Source: Alphaproteobacteria bacterium | GTDB lineage: Bacteria; Pseudomonadota; Alphaproteobacteria; CALKHQ01 | Reading direction: 5' to 3' | Length of the DNA: 64,000 nucleotides | Assembly: GCA_965227515.1 (NCBI GenBank) | Contig: CBDDFZ010000001.1 | Coordinates: 3,488,001-3,552,000 of the forward strand | Part shown: positions 29,220 through 39,209 of the stretch, piece after piece | Layout of the letters: each line of letters opens with the position of its first letter | Position numbering within the stretch: position 1 is the stretch's first letter | Position numbers and translations under genes: made by a program | The notes under the pieces: generated by a model | What the model saw: only the letters and a program-made list of their open reading frames with translations | Told to the model about the DNA's origin: nothing | Databases searched by the model: none

Positions 29220-30294
29220 GGGCGGCCTGGCGCTGCCACTTCTCCTGGTTCGCGTCATGGATTTCGCGGAGGATGGCATCGACGTCGTACGCAGGTTTCC
29301 ACGTTGGGTAGTCGGCCTGAAACGCCGACAGATCGCTGATCCACCAGATGTGGTCGCCGATCCGGTTCTCGTCCTTGTACTGCCAGTTCATCGCGCGGCC
29401 GGTCAGCTTCTCGCACGTGGCGATCGCTTCCAGCATCGAGCAGTTGGAGTACCGCCCACCGCCGATGTTGTAGACGGCGCCCGATTTCGGGTTGCTGTAG
29501 AACTGCTCGAACGCGGCGATCAGGTCGGCGCTGTGCAGGTTGTCGCGCACCTGCTTGGCCTTGTAGCCGAACACCGTGTAAGGCGTGCCGTCGATGGCGC
29601 ATTTCATCAGGTACGACAGGAAGCCGTGCAGCATTGCGCCGGAGTGGTTGGGGCCGGTCAGGCAGCCGCCCCGGAAACAGGCCGTCTTCATGCCGAAATA
29701 CCGGCCATACTCCTGTACCAGCACGTCGGCCGACAGCTTCGATGCCCCGAACAGGCTGTGCAGCGAGCCGTCGATGCTGAAGGATTCCGGGATGCCCTTC
29801 TCGTAGTCGTGGCCGGGCGCGATCTCCCATCGCGTCTCCAGTTCGACCAGTGGCAGGGAATTGGGGCGGTCGCCATAGACCTTGTTGGTCGAGGTGAAGA
29901 TGAAGACGGCGTCTGGCGCATGTCGCCGTGTCGCCTCCAGCATGTTCAGGGTGCCGGTGGCGTTGACCGCGAAATCGGTCTGCGGATCCTTGACTGCCCA
30001 GTCGTGCGAGGGCTGGGCCGCCGTGTGCACGACCAGTGAGATCTCGCGCCCGTAGCCGGCGAACAAACGGTCCAGGCTGTCGGCGTCGCGGATGTCGATG
30101 TCGGCGTGGGTGTACGCGCCCTTCAGGCTGGCCTCAACCGCCTGGCGCACCTGTGCGGTCGACGCGGACGCCCCAAAGAACTGGCGCCGCATGTCGTTGT
30201 CGATTCCGGCAACGTGGTGGCCTCGACCGGCGAAGTGGGATGCGGCCTCGGACCCGATCAGGCCTGACGACCCGGAGACAATGACGACGGACAT
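29212..30294 (-). CDS. NAD-dependent nucleotide-sugar epimerase/dehydratase (CDP-paratose 2-epimerase-like)
   Basis: [35 protein letters not shown]. Confidence 0.88.
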   Translation of the reverse strand: MSVVIVSGSSGLIGSEAASHFAGRGHHVAGIDNDMRRQFFGASASTAQVRQAVEASLKGAYTHADIDIRDADSLDRLFAGYGREISLVVHTAAQPSHDWAVKDPQTDFAVNATGTLNMLEATRRHAPDAVFIFTSTNKVYGDRPNSLPLVELETRWEIAPGHDYEKGIPESFSIDGSLHSLFGASKLSADVLVQEYGRYFGMKTACFRGGCLTGPNHSGAMLHGFLSYLMKCAIDGTPYTVFGYKAKQVRDNLHSADLIAAFEQFYSNPKSGAVYNIGGGRYSNCSMLEAIATCEKLTGRAMNWQYKDENRIGDHIWWISDLSAFQADYPTWKPAYDVDAILREIHDANQEKWQRQAAHA

Positions 30295-30413
30295 TCGGTC
30301 AACCTATCAAGAGCGTGATCGGGCATTGTGCGCCGGCGACGGTGATATTTCCGTCAACGAACGGCGTCATCGGCCAATGCACGGCCCGGCACCGCCGTGA
30401 TGTTCGGCTGCGT

Positions 30414-31544
30414 CTACTCGGCTGCCGCGCGCCCCAGGTGCGCTTCGGCGGCCAGGCGACCCGATGCCAGCAACCCCTCGAAGTACTCCAGGGTGCGCGC
30501 CAATCCCACCTTCAGCGAAACCGTCGGCGCCCAGTCGAGCTCACGCCCGGCAAGCTCGATGTCGGGCCGGCGGCGCGTCGGATCGTCGGTCGGCAACGGC
30601 TGGAATACGATATCGACCTGGCTGCCCAGCAGGCCCCTCACCTCTTCGGCCAGCTCGATCATGGTCAACTCGATCGGATTGCCCAGATTGATCGGCCCGC
30701 AAACCGACGACGGCGCCATCGCAAGGCGGAAAATGCCCTCGACCGTGTCATCGACGTAGCAGAACGACCGCGTCTGCGAGCCATCGCCATAGATCGTCAG
30801 CGGCTCGCCCATCAGCGCCTGGCGCAGGAAGTTGCTGACGACACGCCCGTCGTACGGGTCCATGCGCGGGCCATAGGAGTTGAACAGGCGGCAAACACCG
30901 ATGTTGGTGCCGAACTGGCGCTGATAGTCGAACAGAATGGTCTCGGCGGCCCGTTTGCCCTCGTCATAGCAGGCGCGCGGCCCAATCGGGTTCACCGCGC
31001 CGCGATAATCCTCGGGCTGCGGATGTATCTCCGGGTCGCCATAGACCTCACTGGTCGAGGTGTGGACCAGCCGCGATCCGCATCGTTTCGCGATATCGCA
31101 GACATTGAACGCGCCATTGATGTTGGTGCGCATGGTGTGGAGCGGATCTGCCTGGTAACGGGGCGGCGACGCCGGGCAGGCCAGGTTGAAGATCAAATCG
31201 GCGCCGACCTCGATCGGCTCGATCACGTCTTGCTCCAGAAATTCGAACCGGCCGGACGCCAGCGCGAATTCGAGATTGTCGACAGAGCCGGTCAGCAGGT
31301 TGTCGACACCGACAACATGCCAGCCCTCGAAGATCAGGCAGTCCGTCAAGTGGGAGCCCAGGAAACCTGCGCACCCCGTCACCAAGGCGACCTTGCCGCG
31401 CGCGCCATTGTCGCGCCCTGCAGCGTCGCTATCGTTGGCGCTATCGTTGCGCGGCTGGTTGGCCGCCCGTCCGAAATCGGCCCGATGCACTGTCGTTTTC
31501 GACGCCGCCTCCTCGCGGCGAAAACCGGCCTTGCCCACCCTCAT
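30414..31544 (-). CDS. UDP-glucuronate decarboxylase (UDP-xylose synthase)
   Basis: GCAGFLGSHL, NLACPASP, STSEVYGDP, ACYDEGKR, GRVVSNF, QTRSFCYV, DDPTRRRPDI; RBS AAGGAG; about 45 aa N-terminal extension. Confidence 0.92.
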   Translation of the reverse strand: MRVGKAGFRREEAASKTTVHRADFGRAANQPRNDSANDSDAAGRDNGARGKVALVTGCAGFLGSHLTDCLIFEGWHVVGVDNLLTGSVDNLEFALASGRFEFLEQDVIEPIEVGADLIFNLACPASPPRYQADPLHTMRTNINGAFNVCDIAKRCGSRLVHTSTSEVYGDPEIHPQPEDYRGAVNPIGPRACYDEGKRAAETILFDYQRQFGTNIGVCRLFNSYGPRMDPYDGRVVSNFLRQALMGEPLTIYGDGSQTRSFCYVDDTVEGIFRLAMAPSSVCGPINLGNPIELTMIELAEEVRGLLGSQVDIVFQPLPTDDPTRRRPDIELAGRELDWAPTVSLKVGLARTLEYFEGLLASGRLAAEAHLGRAAAE

Positions 31545-31857
31545 GGCAGCTCCTTGCGTCTCCGGTCGAAACTGACAGGTGCTCGCAGTAACGGGCCCGA
31601 TGGCCACGGCGCACTATCGATCGAACCACTTGGGATCGACTACCGCTGACCATGTTGCCTTATACATACGATACCGCAGTTGGCGTCGTGCACCGCAGCG
31701 TCACCAACTGTCAAGCTACCGCCCCAAAGACCTCGTCTGACTATCGACAAGGCGTGCGACCTGGGAAAACCCTGAAATCGCAAACACTTGCCGCCCCCAG
31801 CCACATACATGTGACTATCCACACATTCATATTCATGAACTAAGATTCAGAATATGG

Positions 31858-31902
31858 CAAGAATGCAAACATTCTTGGCTTTGTTCGAAAACGTAACAAA
31901 GC
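31858..31902. promoter_or_regulatory. Two adjacent AT-rich inverted repeats (candidate operators)
   Basis: CAAGAATG-CAAA-CATTCTTG (31858-31877) and GCTTTGTT-N9-AACAAAGC (31878-31902) in a divergent intergenic gap. Confidence 0.45.
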
Positions 31903-32069
31903 GAGCCGTATCCACCCATGCCCCCACCGTCGCGCACGGTCACACCGTGATGCCGCGATAATCCTCTGTCTTCGGCGAGGGTGTTGGTATCAGCCTTGCT
32001 TGGGCAAGCCGTTGCGGCGATGCTGCACCTGCAAACATCGCCACAATCATCTACGGCATCGGGGGACGG

Positions 32070-32864
32070 ATGGACGCACAGCGACTTGCCGGACGGGTGG
32101 CGCTGGTCACCGGCGCGGCGCGGGGCATCGGCCGAGGCATCGCCGCCCGGCTGGCCAGCGAGGGGGCCACGGTCTGGTACACTGACATCGATGGCGACGA
32201 GGCCGAAACCGCCGCGCAAGACTTCGGCGCACCTTCGGTCGGCCGAGAGATCGACATCACTGACCGCCCGGGTGTCGATACCGTTGTTGCCGAGATCGCA
32301 TCAGCGCATGGGCGGCTGGACATCCTGGTCAACAACGCCGCGATCCTGGATATGACGGCGTTCGACGAATTGACCGAGGCTCGCTTCCAGCGCGTGATCG
32401 ACGTCAACCTGACAGGCGCATTGACGTGCGTGTTGGCCGCCAGCGACCTGATGGCCGCGTCGGCAAGGTCCGGCCCCGGCGGGCGCATACTCAACATCGC
32501 CTCCATCATGGGCCTGTTCGGCGCGCCCGACTCCCTGCCCTACTCCACCGCCAAGGCAGGCATCGTCAACATGACGCGCTGCCTGGCCTGCGACCTGGCG
32601 CCCGACAACATCACGGTCAACGCCATCGCGCCCGGCTTCATCGACACCCGCATGGCGCTGCGCGACGTCGACGACCGCCAAGAGCACGAACACCAGACCG
32701 ACTGGTTCAAGACCATCTATCTCAAGTACAAGCGGCTGCCCGCTGGCCGGCCTGGCAAGCCGGTCGACATCGCCGGCCCCGCCTACTTCCTGTGCAGCGA
32801 CGACAGCGCGTACGTCACCGGCCAGACGCTGCTGGTCGATGGCGGCGTCTCGGCAACGTTCTAG
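32070..32864 (+). CDS. Short-chain dehydrogenase/reductase
   Basis: TGAARGIG, NNAA, YSTAK, VNAIAPG, VTGQTLLVDGG. Confidence 0.92.
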   Translation: MDAQRLAGRVALVTGAARGIGRGIAARLASEGATVWYTDIDGDEAETAAQDFGAPSVGREIDITDRPGVDTVVAEIASAHGRLDILVNNAAILDMTAFDELTEARFQRVIDVNLTGALTCVLAASDLMAASARSGPGGRILNIASIMGLFGAPDSLPYSTAKAGIVNMTRCLACDLAPDNITVNAIAPGFIDTRMALRDVDDRQEHEHQTDWFKTIYLKYKRLPAGRPGKPVDIAGPAYFLCSDDSAYVTGQTLLVDGGVSATF

Positions 32865-32891
32865 ACAGGGTATCGGCATGCTGGGGGGCAT

Positions 32892-34001
32892 ATGAGCCAG
32901 AGCGCGGCAATCGCGACGCCCGTGACGACACCAGGAACGGTCTCCGGCAGCGCCCTGGTGCACCTGGACGGGGTCGCCAAGACCTATGGCAAGGTCGAGG
33001 CGGTCAAGCCGTTGGACCTGGAGATCCATCGCGGCGACTTCCTGGCCATACTCGGCCCGTCGGGCTGCGGCAAGACAACCCTCCTGAAAATGATCGGCGG
33101 GTTCGAGCGCCCGACGGAGGGCACCATCCGCATCGGCGACCGCGACGTGACCGGGCTCAACCCGGAGCGCCGGCCGACCAACATGGTGTTCCAGGGCTAC
33201 GGTCTGTTCCCGCACATGACCGTGCGCCAGAACGTCGGCTACGGGCTGAAGATCGCCGGCAAGCCCCGCAATGAGATCGCGGCACGGGTCGAGGAGGCGT
33301 TGGACCTCATCCGCCTCGGCGACCTGGCGGACCGGCCCATCGACAAGCTTTCCGGCGGACAGCAACAGCGGGTGGCGCTGGCCCGGGCCCTGATCATGCG
33401 CCCCGACGTGCTGTTGCTGGACGAGCCGCTGGCCGCCCTCGACCTGAAGCTGCGCCAGGCGATGCAGGAGGAACTGCGCCGCATCCACCAGGAGACCGGC
33501 GGCACCTTCGTGTTCGTCACCCACGACCAGGGCGAGGCACTGGCGCTGGCCAACCGCATCGCGGTGATGGACGGTGGGCGCGTGGTGCAGGTGGGCAGTG
33601 CGGAGGAGATCTATTTCAAGCCGCGCACCCGGTTTGTGGCGCTGTTCATTGGCGAGGCGAACGTGTTCGACGCCACCCGCACCGGCGGCAGCGTGGTATT
33701 GCGCGACGGCGACCGCGAGCAGCGGATCGCCGCACCCGGTCCCGACGGCCCGGTCGCGGTAATGGTACGGCCTGAATCGGCGCATCTGGTCGAGCCTGGC
33801 TGGTCCGGCGGCCCCACCCTGTCCGCCCGGCTGGACGACGTGCTGTTCCTGGGCTCGGTGTTGCGCTTCGTGCTGACCACGACCGGCGGCCACCACGTCA
33901 TCGTGCACGAGACCGACATCGGCTGGCGCGACCGGGTGCGGGTCGGCGACATGGTCACCATCGGCTGGGCCGACGCCGCACAGCGCGTGATCGACGAATG
34001 A
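32892..34001 (+). CDS. ABC transporter ATP-binding protein, PotA-like
   Basis: GPSGCGKTT, LSGGQQQR, LLLDEP, VTHDQGEAL. Confidence 0.92.
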   Translation: MSQSAAIATPVTTPGTVSGSALVHLDGVAKTYGKVEAVKPLDLEIHRGDFLAILGPSGCGKTTLLKMIGGFERPTEGTIRIGDRDVTGLNPERRPTNMVFQGYGLFPHMTVRQNVGYGLKIAGKPRNEIAARVEEALDLIRLGDLADRPIDKLSGGQQQRVALARALIMRPDVLLLDEPLAALDLKLRQAMQEELRRIHQETGGTFVFVTHDQGEALALANRIAVMDGGRVVQVGSAEEIYFKPRTRFVALFIGEANVFDATRTGGSVVLRDGDREQRIAAPGPDGPVAVMVRPESAHLVEPGWSGGPTLSARLDDVLFLGSVLRFVLTTTGGHHVIVHETDIGWRDRVRVGDMVTIGWADAAQRVIDE

Positions 34002-35170
34002 AAATCTCGCGCATCGATATCTGGCCGGTCCGGGTCGACTACAGCCACGACGAGGTCAGTGCGCTGGTCGAGCGCGGCGGTGTCAGCGACGTCATCGTCA
34101 AGCTGACCACCGACGACGGCCTGGTCGGCTGGGGCGAGTGCACCCGCGCCGCCGATGTGCCTGGCATCGAGGCCGCGGTGCGTGCCATGGCGCCCCTGGT
34201 GATGGGGCGCGATCCGTGGCACCGCGACGCGATCCTGGCCGATATCCGCATCGCCGGCGGCTGGCAGTTCCAGGCGATGACCGGCAATTTCGCCTATGCC
34301 GGCATCGACATGGCGCTGTGGGACATCTGTGCGCAGGCCGCCGGCCGGCCGTTGGTCGACCTGCTCGGCGGGCCGCTGCGCGCCCTGGTCGACTATTTCT
34401 ACTACCTGCACTGGGACACGCCGGAGGGCATCGCGGCACAAGCGACAGCGGGGCGCGCGGCCGGCTACGGCGTCTACTACCTGAAGGTCGGCGTCGACGA
34501 GGCCCTGGAAGAGGCGATGCTGCTGGCGCTGCGCGACGCCGCCGGCCCGGACGCGCGCATCCGCATCGACACCAACCAGGCCTGGAGCGTGCCCGACGCG
34601 ATCCGCCTGCTGACCCGCTGGAACGACATGGTCGGCATCGACTTCGCCGAGGCGCCGGTGCCGATCCACCCCGAGCACCTGATGGCCGAGGTGAAAGCCC
34701 GCCAGCCGGTGCCGCTGTGCGTCAACGAGGGCATGTGGACAGTGCAGGACGCGGAACGGGTGATCCGCTCGCGCTGCGGCGATTATCTGTGCTTCTCGCC
34801 CTACTGGGTCGGCAGCATTGCGGAGTTCATGTGGCTGAGCCGGCTGGCCGCCCACCATGGCTGGATGATCTGCAAGCACACTCATGGCGAACTGGGCCTG
34901 ACCGCCGCCATGGGACAGCACTTGATGCTGGCGGTACCCAATGCCACCATCGGCCATCAGCAAACGGCGCAAGTCATGGCGGACGACGTGCTCACGGCGC
35001 CGGTGCCCATTGCCAGCTGCCCGTCCTGGGGCATCCCGGCGGGGCCGGGCCTGGGTGTCCAGGTCGATGAGGACAAGGTGGCCGCGCTCAACGCGGACTA
35101 CCGCGCGCACGGCGAGCACAGGGTTTATGGGAGCCGTTTCGGGGATACGACCTCGGGCGGCGAGGCATGA
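33998..35170 (+). CDS. Enolase superfamily (mandelate racemase/muconate lactonising) enzyme
   Basis: TDDGLVGWGE, GIDMALWDI, RIDTNQAW, AEAP, PGLGV. Confidence 0.88.
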   Translation: MKISRIDIWPVRVDYSHDEVSALVERGGVSDVIVKLTTDDGLVGWGECTRAADVPGIEAAVRAMAPLVMGRDPWHRDAILADIRIAGGWQFQAMTGNFAYAGIDMALWDICAQAAGRPLVDLLGGPLRALVDYFYYLHWDTPEGIAAQATAGRAAGYGVYYLKVGVDEALEEAMLLALRDAAGPDARIRIDTNQAWSVPDAIRLLTRWNDMVGIDFAEAPVPIHPEHLMAEVKARQPVPLCVNEGMWTVQDAERVIRSRCGDYLCFSPYWVGSIAEFMWLSRLAAHHGWMICKHTHGELGLTAAMGQHLMLAVPNATIGHQQTAQVMADDVLTAPVPIASCPSWGIPAGPGLGVQVDEDKVAALNADYRAHGEHRVYGSRFGDTTSGGEA

Positions 35171-35247
35171 TGTGGCGCGGGAGGTTTCCCGCCGCTGCAC
35201 CTACAGCCGACGGCGATGGGGCCGCGGCACTCACAGGAGGCAAGACC

Positions 35248-36390
35248 ATGCAACACAAGCCATCGAATTCGGGCCTGATCCATATCCGCTCGATGATGAT
35301 GACGCGGCGCGGCTTCAATGCCGGCGCGGCCGGGCTGGGGGCGCTCGCGGGGACCGGGCTGGCAAGCCGCGCGGCGTTTGCCGAGACCGAGGTCACCTTC
35401 CTGGGCTGGCAGGGCTACGACGAGGGCCTGTTCGTCGACGACTTCATGGCCGAGAACGAGATCACGCTCAACACGACCTATATCGGCAACAACGACGAGA
35501 TCGTCACCCGGCTGGCCTCCGGCGGCCTGGGCTCCATCGACATCGTCACCCCCTACATGGGCTACATCCCGCTGCTGGCGGAATCCGGCCTGATCCAGCC
35601 GATCGACGAATCCAAGATCTCCAACATGGGCAGCATGATGCCCCTGTTCCGCAACGACCCGAACGTCAGCGTCGACGGGGCGCTCTATGGCGTGCCGTTC
35701 ACCTGGGGCTCGGCGCCGATGATGTACAACCCTGCCGTCACCGGCGGCGTGCCGGCGTCGTGGATGGACCTGTTCAAGCCCGAGTACGAGGGCAAGGTCG
35801 GCATGATGGACGACCCGCTGGGCAACCTGATGCTGGCGGCCGTGATCGCCACCGACGCTGAGGTCGCGACCTCGCTGACCCACGAGCAGCTCAAGGCCGC
35901 CACCGACTTCCTGATCGAGGTCAAGGGCATCTCGCGCCTGGTCGCGGTGAGCTGGGGCGACCTGGCCGACGCGCTGGCGCGCGGCGATGTCGACATCACC
36001 TTCTCCGGCTGGGAGACGATCAAGAAATTCGCCGCCGACATGGGTACCACCATCGACTACACCTATCCCGAGGAAGGCACCTTCGCGTGGCTGGACACAT
36101 TCTCCATCGCCACCGACGCGCCTAATCCGGACGTCGATCACATGCTGTGCGACAAGATCATCAGCACCGAGGCGCAGGTGGTGATCGGCGGCGAGTGGCT
36201 GCAGGGCATCGTCAACAGCGACGCGGTGGCCGAACTGGGCGACGAAGCCCAGGCACTCTACCCGTACGACGACATGGACGCGTTCGGCGAGAAGGCGACC
36301 TTCTTCGCGTTCCCGCCGCTTGACGACAGCGAGGGCCTGGCCACGTTCGACGACTGGCTGGAGGAATACGAGCGCTTCAAGGTTGCCTGA
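35248..36390 (+). CDS. ABC transporter substrate-binding protein, PotD/PotF-like, Tat-exported
   Basis: RBS AGGAGG; TRRGFN twin-arginine; WQGY, YGVPFTWG, PEEG...WLD. Confidence 0.9.
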   Translation: MQHKPSNSGLIHIRSMMMTRRGFNAGAAGLGALAGTGLASRAAFAETEVTFLGWQGYDEGLFVDDFMAENEITLNTTYIGNNDEIVTRLASGGLGSIDIVTPYMGYIPLLAESGLIQPIDESKISNMGSMMPLFRNDPNVSVDGALYGVPFTWGSAPMMYNPAVTGGVPASWMDLFKPEYEGKVGMMDDPLGNLMLAAVIATDAEVATSLTHEQLKAATDFLIEVKGISRLVAVSWGDLADALARGDVDITFSGWETIKKFAADMGTTIDYTYPEEGTFAWLDTFSIATDAPNPDVDHMLCDKIISTEAQVVIGGEWLQGIVNSDAVAELGDEAQALYPYDDMDAFGEKATFFAFPPLDDSEGLATFDDWLEEYERFKVA

Positions 36391-36446
36391 CCCAAGCTCA
36401 TGCATTGTTCCCGGCGGTCCACACGGCCGCCGGGGCCACCCTCCAA

Positions 36447-36513
36447 CGTCACGCGCGGACTTGAGGAGCCTGTCCTTGGGTCGGCCTTCGGCCGAGCCCG
36501 AGGGCGCATCCAT
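36447..36513. repeat. CGTC-family REP unit interrupted by a ~40-bp hairpin insert
   Basis: CGTCACGCGCGGA-CTTGA, then GGAGCCTGTCCTTGGGTCGGCCTTCGGCCGAGCCCGAGG, then GCGCATCCAT. Confidence 0.65.
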
Positions 36514-36563
36514 GCCTTGGGGGCGGCGGCAATGATGCACGTAACCGTCCACAACCCTTATTT

Positions 36564-36742
36564 GTCGTCCTCGCCCTTGTGGCGAGGACCCATTTTTGTC
36601 CAGTACACCAGCAAGTTATGGTGCGAACTTGAGCGCTTGCGGCAAACTTTGATCGCACGATCGGCACTTGGGCTTCCGGGCCTCCAAGGCGCGCACCACG
36701 CATGTGACGACGATGGGCCCTCGGCACAAGGCCGAGGGCGAC
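36564..36742. repeat. REP doublet with a long spacer (MITE/REPIN-like)
   Basis: GTCGTCCTCGCC-CTTGT-GGCGAGGACCCAT and the inverted unit ATGGGCCCTCGGC-ACAAG-GCCGAGGGCGAC around 119 bp; same arms at 63171-63345. Confidence 0.88.
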
Positions 36743-36752
36743 GATCGGCGCA

Positions 36753-37589
36753 ATGAACCGCCGCCTGCCCTGGCTGCTGGTGACGCCGTCGATGGCGATC
36801 TTCATCGCGCTGTTCGTGGCGCCGTTCGCCTATTTCCTGGTGATGAGCTTCTGGCGCAAGAACCGCTTCACCATCGAGCATGACTTCAATCTCGAAAACT
36901 ACGTCACCGCGCTGACCGACGAGAATCTGGAGATCGGCCTGCAGACGCTGGCCGTCGCGTTCGCCGTCGCCGTGCTGACCGCCGTTCTCGGCTTCATCTA
37001 CGCCTATATCGTGCGCTTCAAGGCCGGGCGCTGGGCCAACGCGCTGCTGTTCGTGGCCCTGGTCACCCTGTTCGGCGGCTATTTGATGAAGATATACGCC
37101 TGGAAGACCATTCTGGGCACCGAGGGTGTGCTGAACACAGCGTTTTCGAGCATGGGGTTGATCTCCGAGCCGATCTCCGCCCTGCTCTACAGCCCGGGTG
37201 CGGTGATCGTGACCCTGACCCACTTCCTGCTGCCGTTCGCCATCCTGCCGATCTACGGCACCATGCGCTCAATCAGCGACATCGAGCTGGATGCCGCGCG
37301 CGACCTGGGCGCCGGGCCGTGGCAGCGCATGGCCGGCATCATCGTGCCGCGGTGCCGCGCCGGCATCACCACCGCGTTCCTGTTCGCGTTCCTGATCGCG
37401 GCCGGCGACTACATCACGCCGCAGCTCGTCGGCGGCAAGCTGACCATGACCGGCAACATGATCGCGCTCCAGTTCGGCCAGCGCTTCAACTGGCCGCTGG
37501 GTGCCGCGATGTCGTTCGTGGTGTTGACGACAGCCCTGTTCGTGATTGCCGCGACCCACTCGCTGATGTCGCTGTGGCGGCCGCGATGA
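36753..37589 (+). CDS. ABC transporter permease, PotB-like
   Basis: NLENY, GVLN, LLPFAILPIY and DAARDLGA. Confidence 0.9.
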   Translation: MNRRLPWLLVTPSMAIFIALFVAPFAYFLVMSFWRKNRFTIEHDFNLENYVTALTDENLEIGLQTLAVAFAVAVLTAVLGFIYAYIVRFKAGRWANALLFVALVTLFGGYLMKIYAWKTILGTEGVLNTAFSSMGLISEPISALLYSPGAVIVTLTHFLLPFAILPIYGTMRSISDIELDAARDLGAGPWQRMAGIIVPRCRAGITTAFLFAFLIAAGDYITPQLVGGKLTMTGNMIALQFGQRFNWPLGAAMSFVVLTTALFVIAATHSLMSLWRPR

Positions 37590-38362
37590 ACGGTATCGCC
37601 CCCCTCCTCTGGAAGCTGCTCGGCGCGATCTTCGTGTTCGTGCTGCTGTCGCCGCTGGTGCTGGTGATCGTGTTCGCGTTCACCAGCCGGTCGCTCGCCA
37701 ACTTCCCTATCGAGGCGCTGTCGCTGCAATGGTGGGGCGAGATGCTGGACCACCGGCAATTCGCCACCGCGTTCTGGAACTCGCTGATTGTCGCCGGCCT
37801 GGTCGGCCTGTGCTCGGCCACCGTCGGCACCGCTGCCGCCATCGGGTTCGCCCGGCTGCCACCAAAGCGGGCGGGCATCGGCATCGCGATCCTGGCGCTG
37901 CCGCTGATGATGCCGCCACTGGTGCTGGCCGTCGCCCTGCTGACCGCGTTCGTCAGCGTCGACATGACACTGTCGCTGACCACCGTGGTGCTGAGCCACC
38001 TGCTGTTCACCCAGCCCTTCGTCATCCTGGTGGTCTATGCCCGGATGGCGAGCTTCGACTGGCGGGTGGTCGACAGTGCGCGCGACCTCGGCGCCACGCC
38101 GCTGCGCGCGTTCTGGACCGTGACCCTGCCGATCATCCAGCCGACGGTAGTGGGCGCCGCGCTGTTCGCGGTGGCGCTTTCCATCGACGACTTCGTCATC
38201 ACCCTGTTCACCATCGGCGACGGCAATACGCTGCCGATCTTCGTGTGGGGTATGATGCGCACCGGCCTGAAGCCGACGGTCAACGCCATCGGCACGCTGA
38301 TCATCGTGATGTCAATCGGCTTCACCCTGATCGCGCTCTGGCTGACCCGGTACCGCGGCTGA
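37586..38362 (+). CDS. ABC transporter permease, PotC-like
   Basis: SLQWW, NSLIVA, DSARDLGA, SIDDFVIT, TLPI; ATGA overlap with the previous gene. Confidence 0.9.
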   Translation: MNGIAPLLWKLLGAIFVFVLLSPLVLVIVFAFTSRSLANFPIEALSLQWWGEMLDHRQFATAFWNSLIVAGLVGLCSATVGTAAAIGFARLPPKRAGIGIAILALPLMMPPLVLAVALLTAFVSVDMTLSLTTVVLSHLLFTQPFVILVVYARMASFDWRVVDSARDLGATPLRAFWTVTLPIIQPTVVGAALFAVALSIDDFVITLFTIGDGNTLPIFVWGMMRTGLKPTVNAIGTLIIVMSIGFTLIALWLTRYRG

Positions 38363-38379
38363 GGGAGCGCCGATCTGCA

Positions 38380-39183
38380 ATGGGCATGCTGGACGGCAAG
38401 GTCGCCATCGTCACCGGCGGTGCATCGGGCATCGGCCGCGCCGGCGTGCTGCGGATAGCCGGCGAAGGTGCGGCGGTGGTCGCAGCCGACCTCAATGAGG
38501 AGGCCGCAGAGGCCGTGGTTGGGATCGTCGAGGCGACCGGCGGGCTGGCGATGGCGCAGAAGGTCGACGTGCGCGACAGCGCCTCGGTGCAGGCGATGGT
38601 GGCCGCGACGTTGGACCGGTTCGGCAAGGTAGACGCGCTGTTCCATAACGCCGTCAACGTGCCGATGGTCAACCGGCAGGACGCGCGCATCACCGAGCTG
38701 GATGTAGACGTCTGGCACGCCATCACCGACCTGGTGCTGACCGGCACCTTCCTCACCGCCAAATACGTCGCCCAGGCGATGCTGAAGGCGGGGTCGGGCT
38801 CGATCATCCTGACCGGCACCGTCGACGCGCTGGTCGGCCAGGCAGGTCTCGACGCCTACACCGCCGCGAAGGGCGGGGTTGTGGCGATGACCCGCTCGAT
38901 GGCCGCCGGCCTCGCCGCAGACGGCATACGGGTCAACACCATCTGTCCCGGCTTCGTGGAGACCCCGCACCAGGCCGCCTTCCTGGACGACCCGGCGCAG
39001 CGCGCGGAGATCGAGGCGTTGCAGCCGCTGGGCGTGCTGTCACCCGAGGACATTGCCGAGATGGCGGTGTTCCTGGCCTCCGACCGGGCGCGGCGGATCA
39101 CCGGCGCCACCCATGTGGTGGACGCCGGCTACACCGCGATCAAGGGCGGCATGGACATCAAGGCGGTCGTCGCGCGTGAGTGA
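38380..39183 (+). CDS. Short-chain dehydrogenase/reductase
   Basis: TGGASGIG, YTAAKGG, IRVNTICPG. Confidence 0.92.
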   Translation: MGMLDGKVAIVTGGASGIGRAGVLRIAGEGAAVVAADLNEEAAEAVVGIVEATGGLAMAQKVDVRDSASVQAMVAATLDRFGKVDALFHNAVNVPMVNRQDARITELDVDVWHAITDLVLTGTFLTAKYVAQAMLKAGSGSIILTGTVDALVGQAGLDAYTAAKGGVVAMTRSMAAGLAADGIRVNTICPGFVETPHQAAFLDDPAQRAEIEALQPLGVLSPEDIAEMAVFLASDRARRITGATHVVDAGYTAIKGGMDIKAVVARE

Positions 39184-39209
39184 GTGAGGCTGTGCCGCAA
39201 AAACAACCT

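Noticed and set aside
36391-36752. Possible CRISPR-like repeat/spacer structure
   Set aside because: The units are inverted pairs rather than a direct-repeat array, the spacer exceeds 100 bp, and no cas genes are present.
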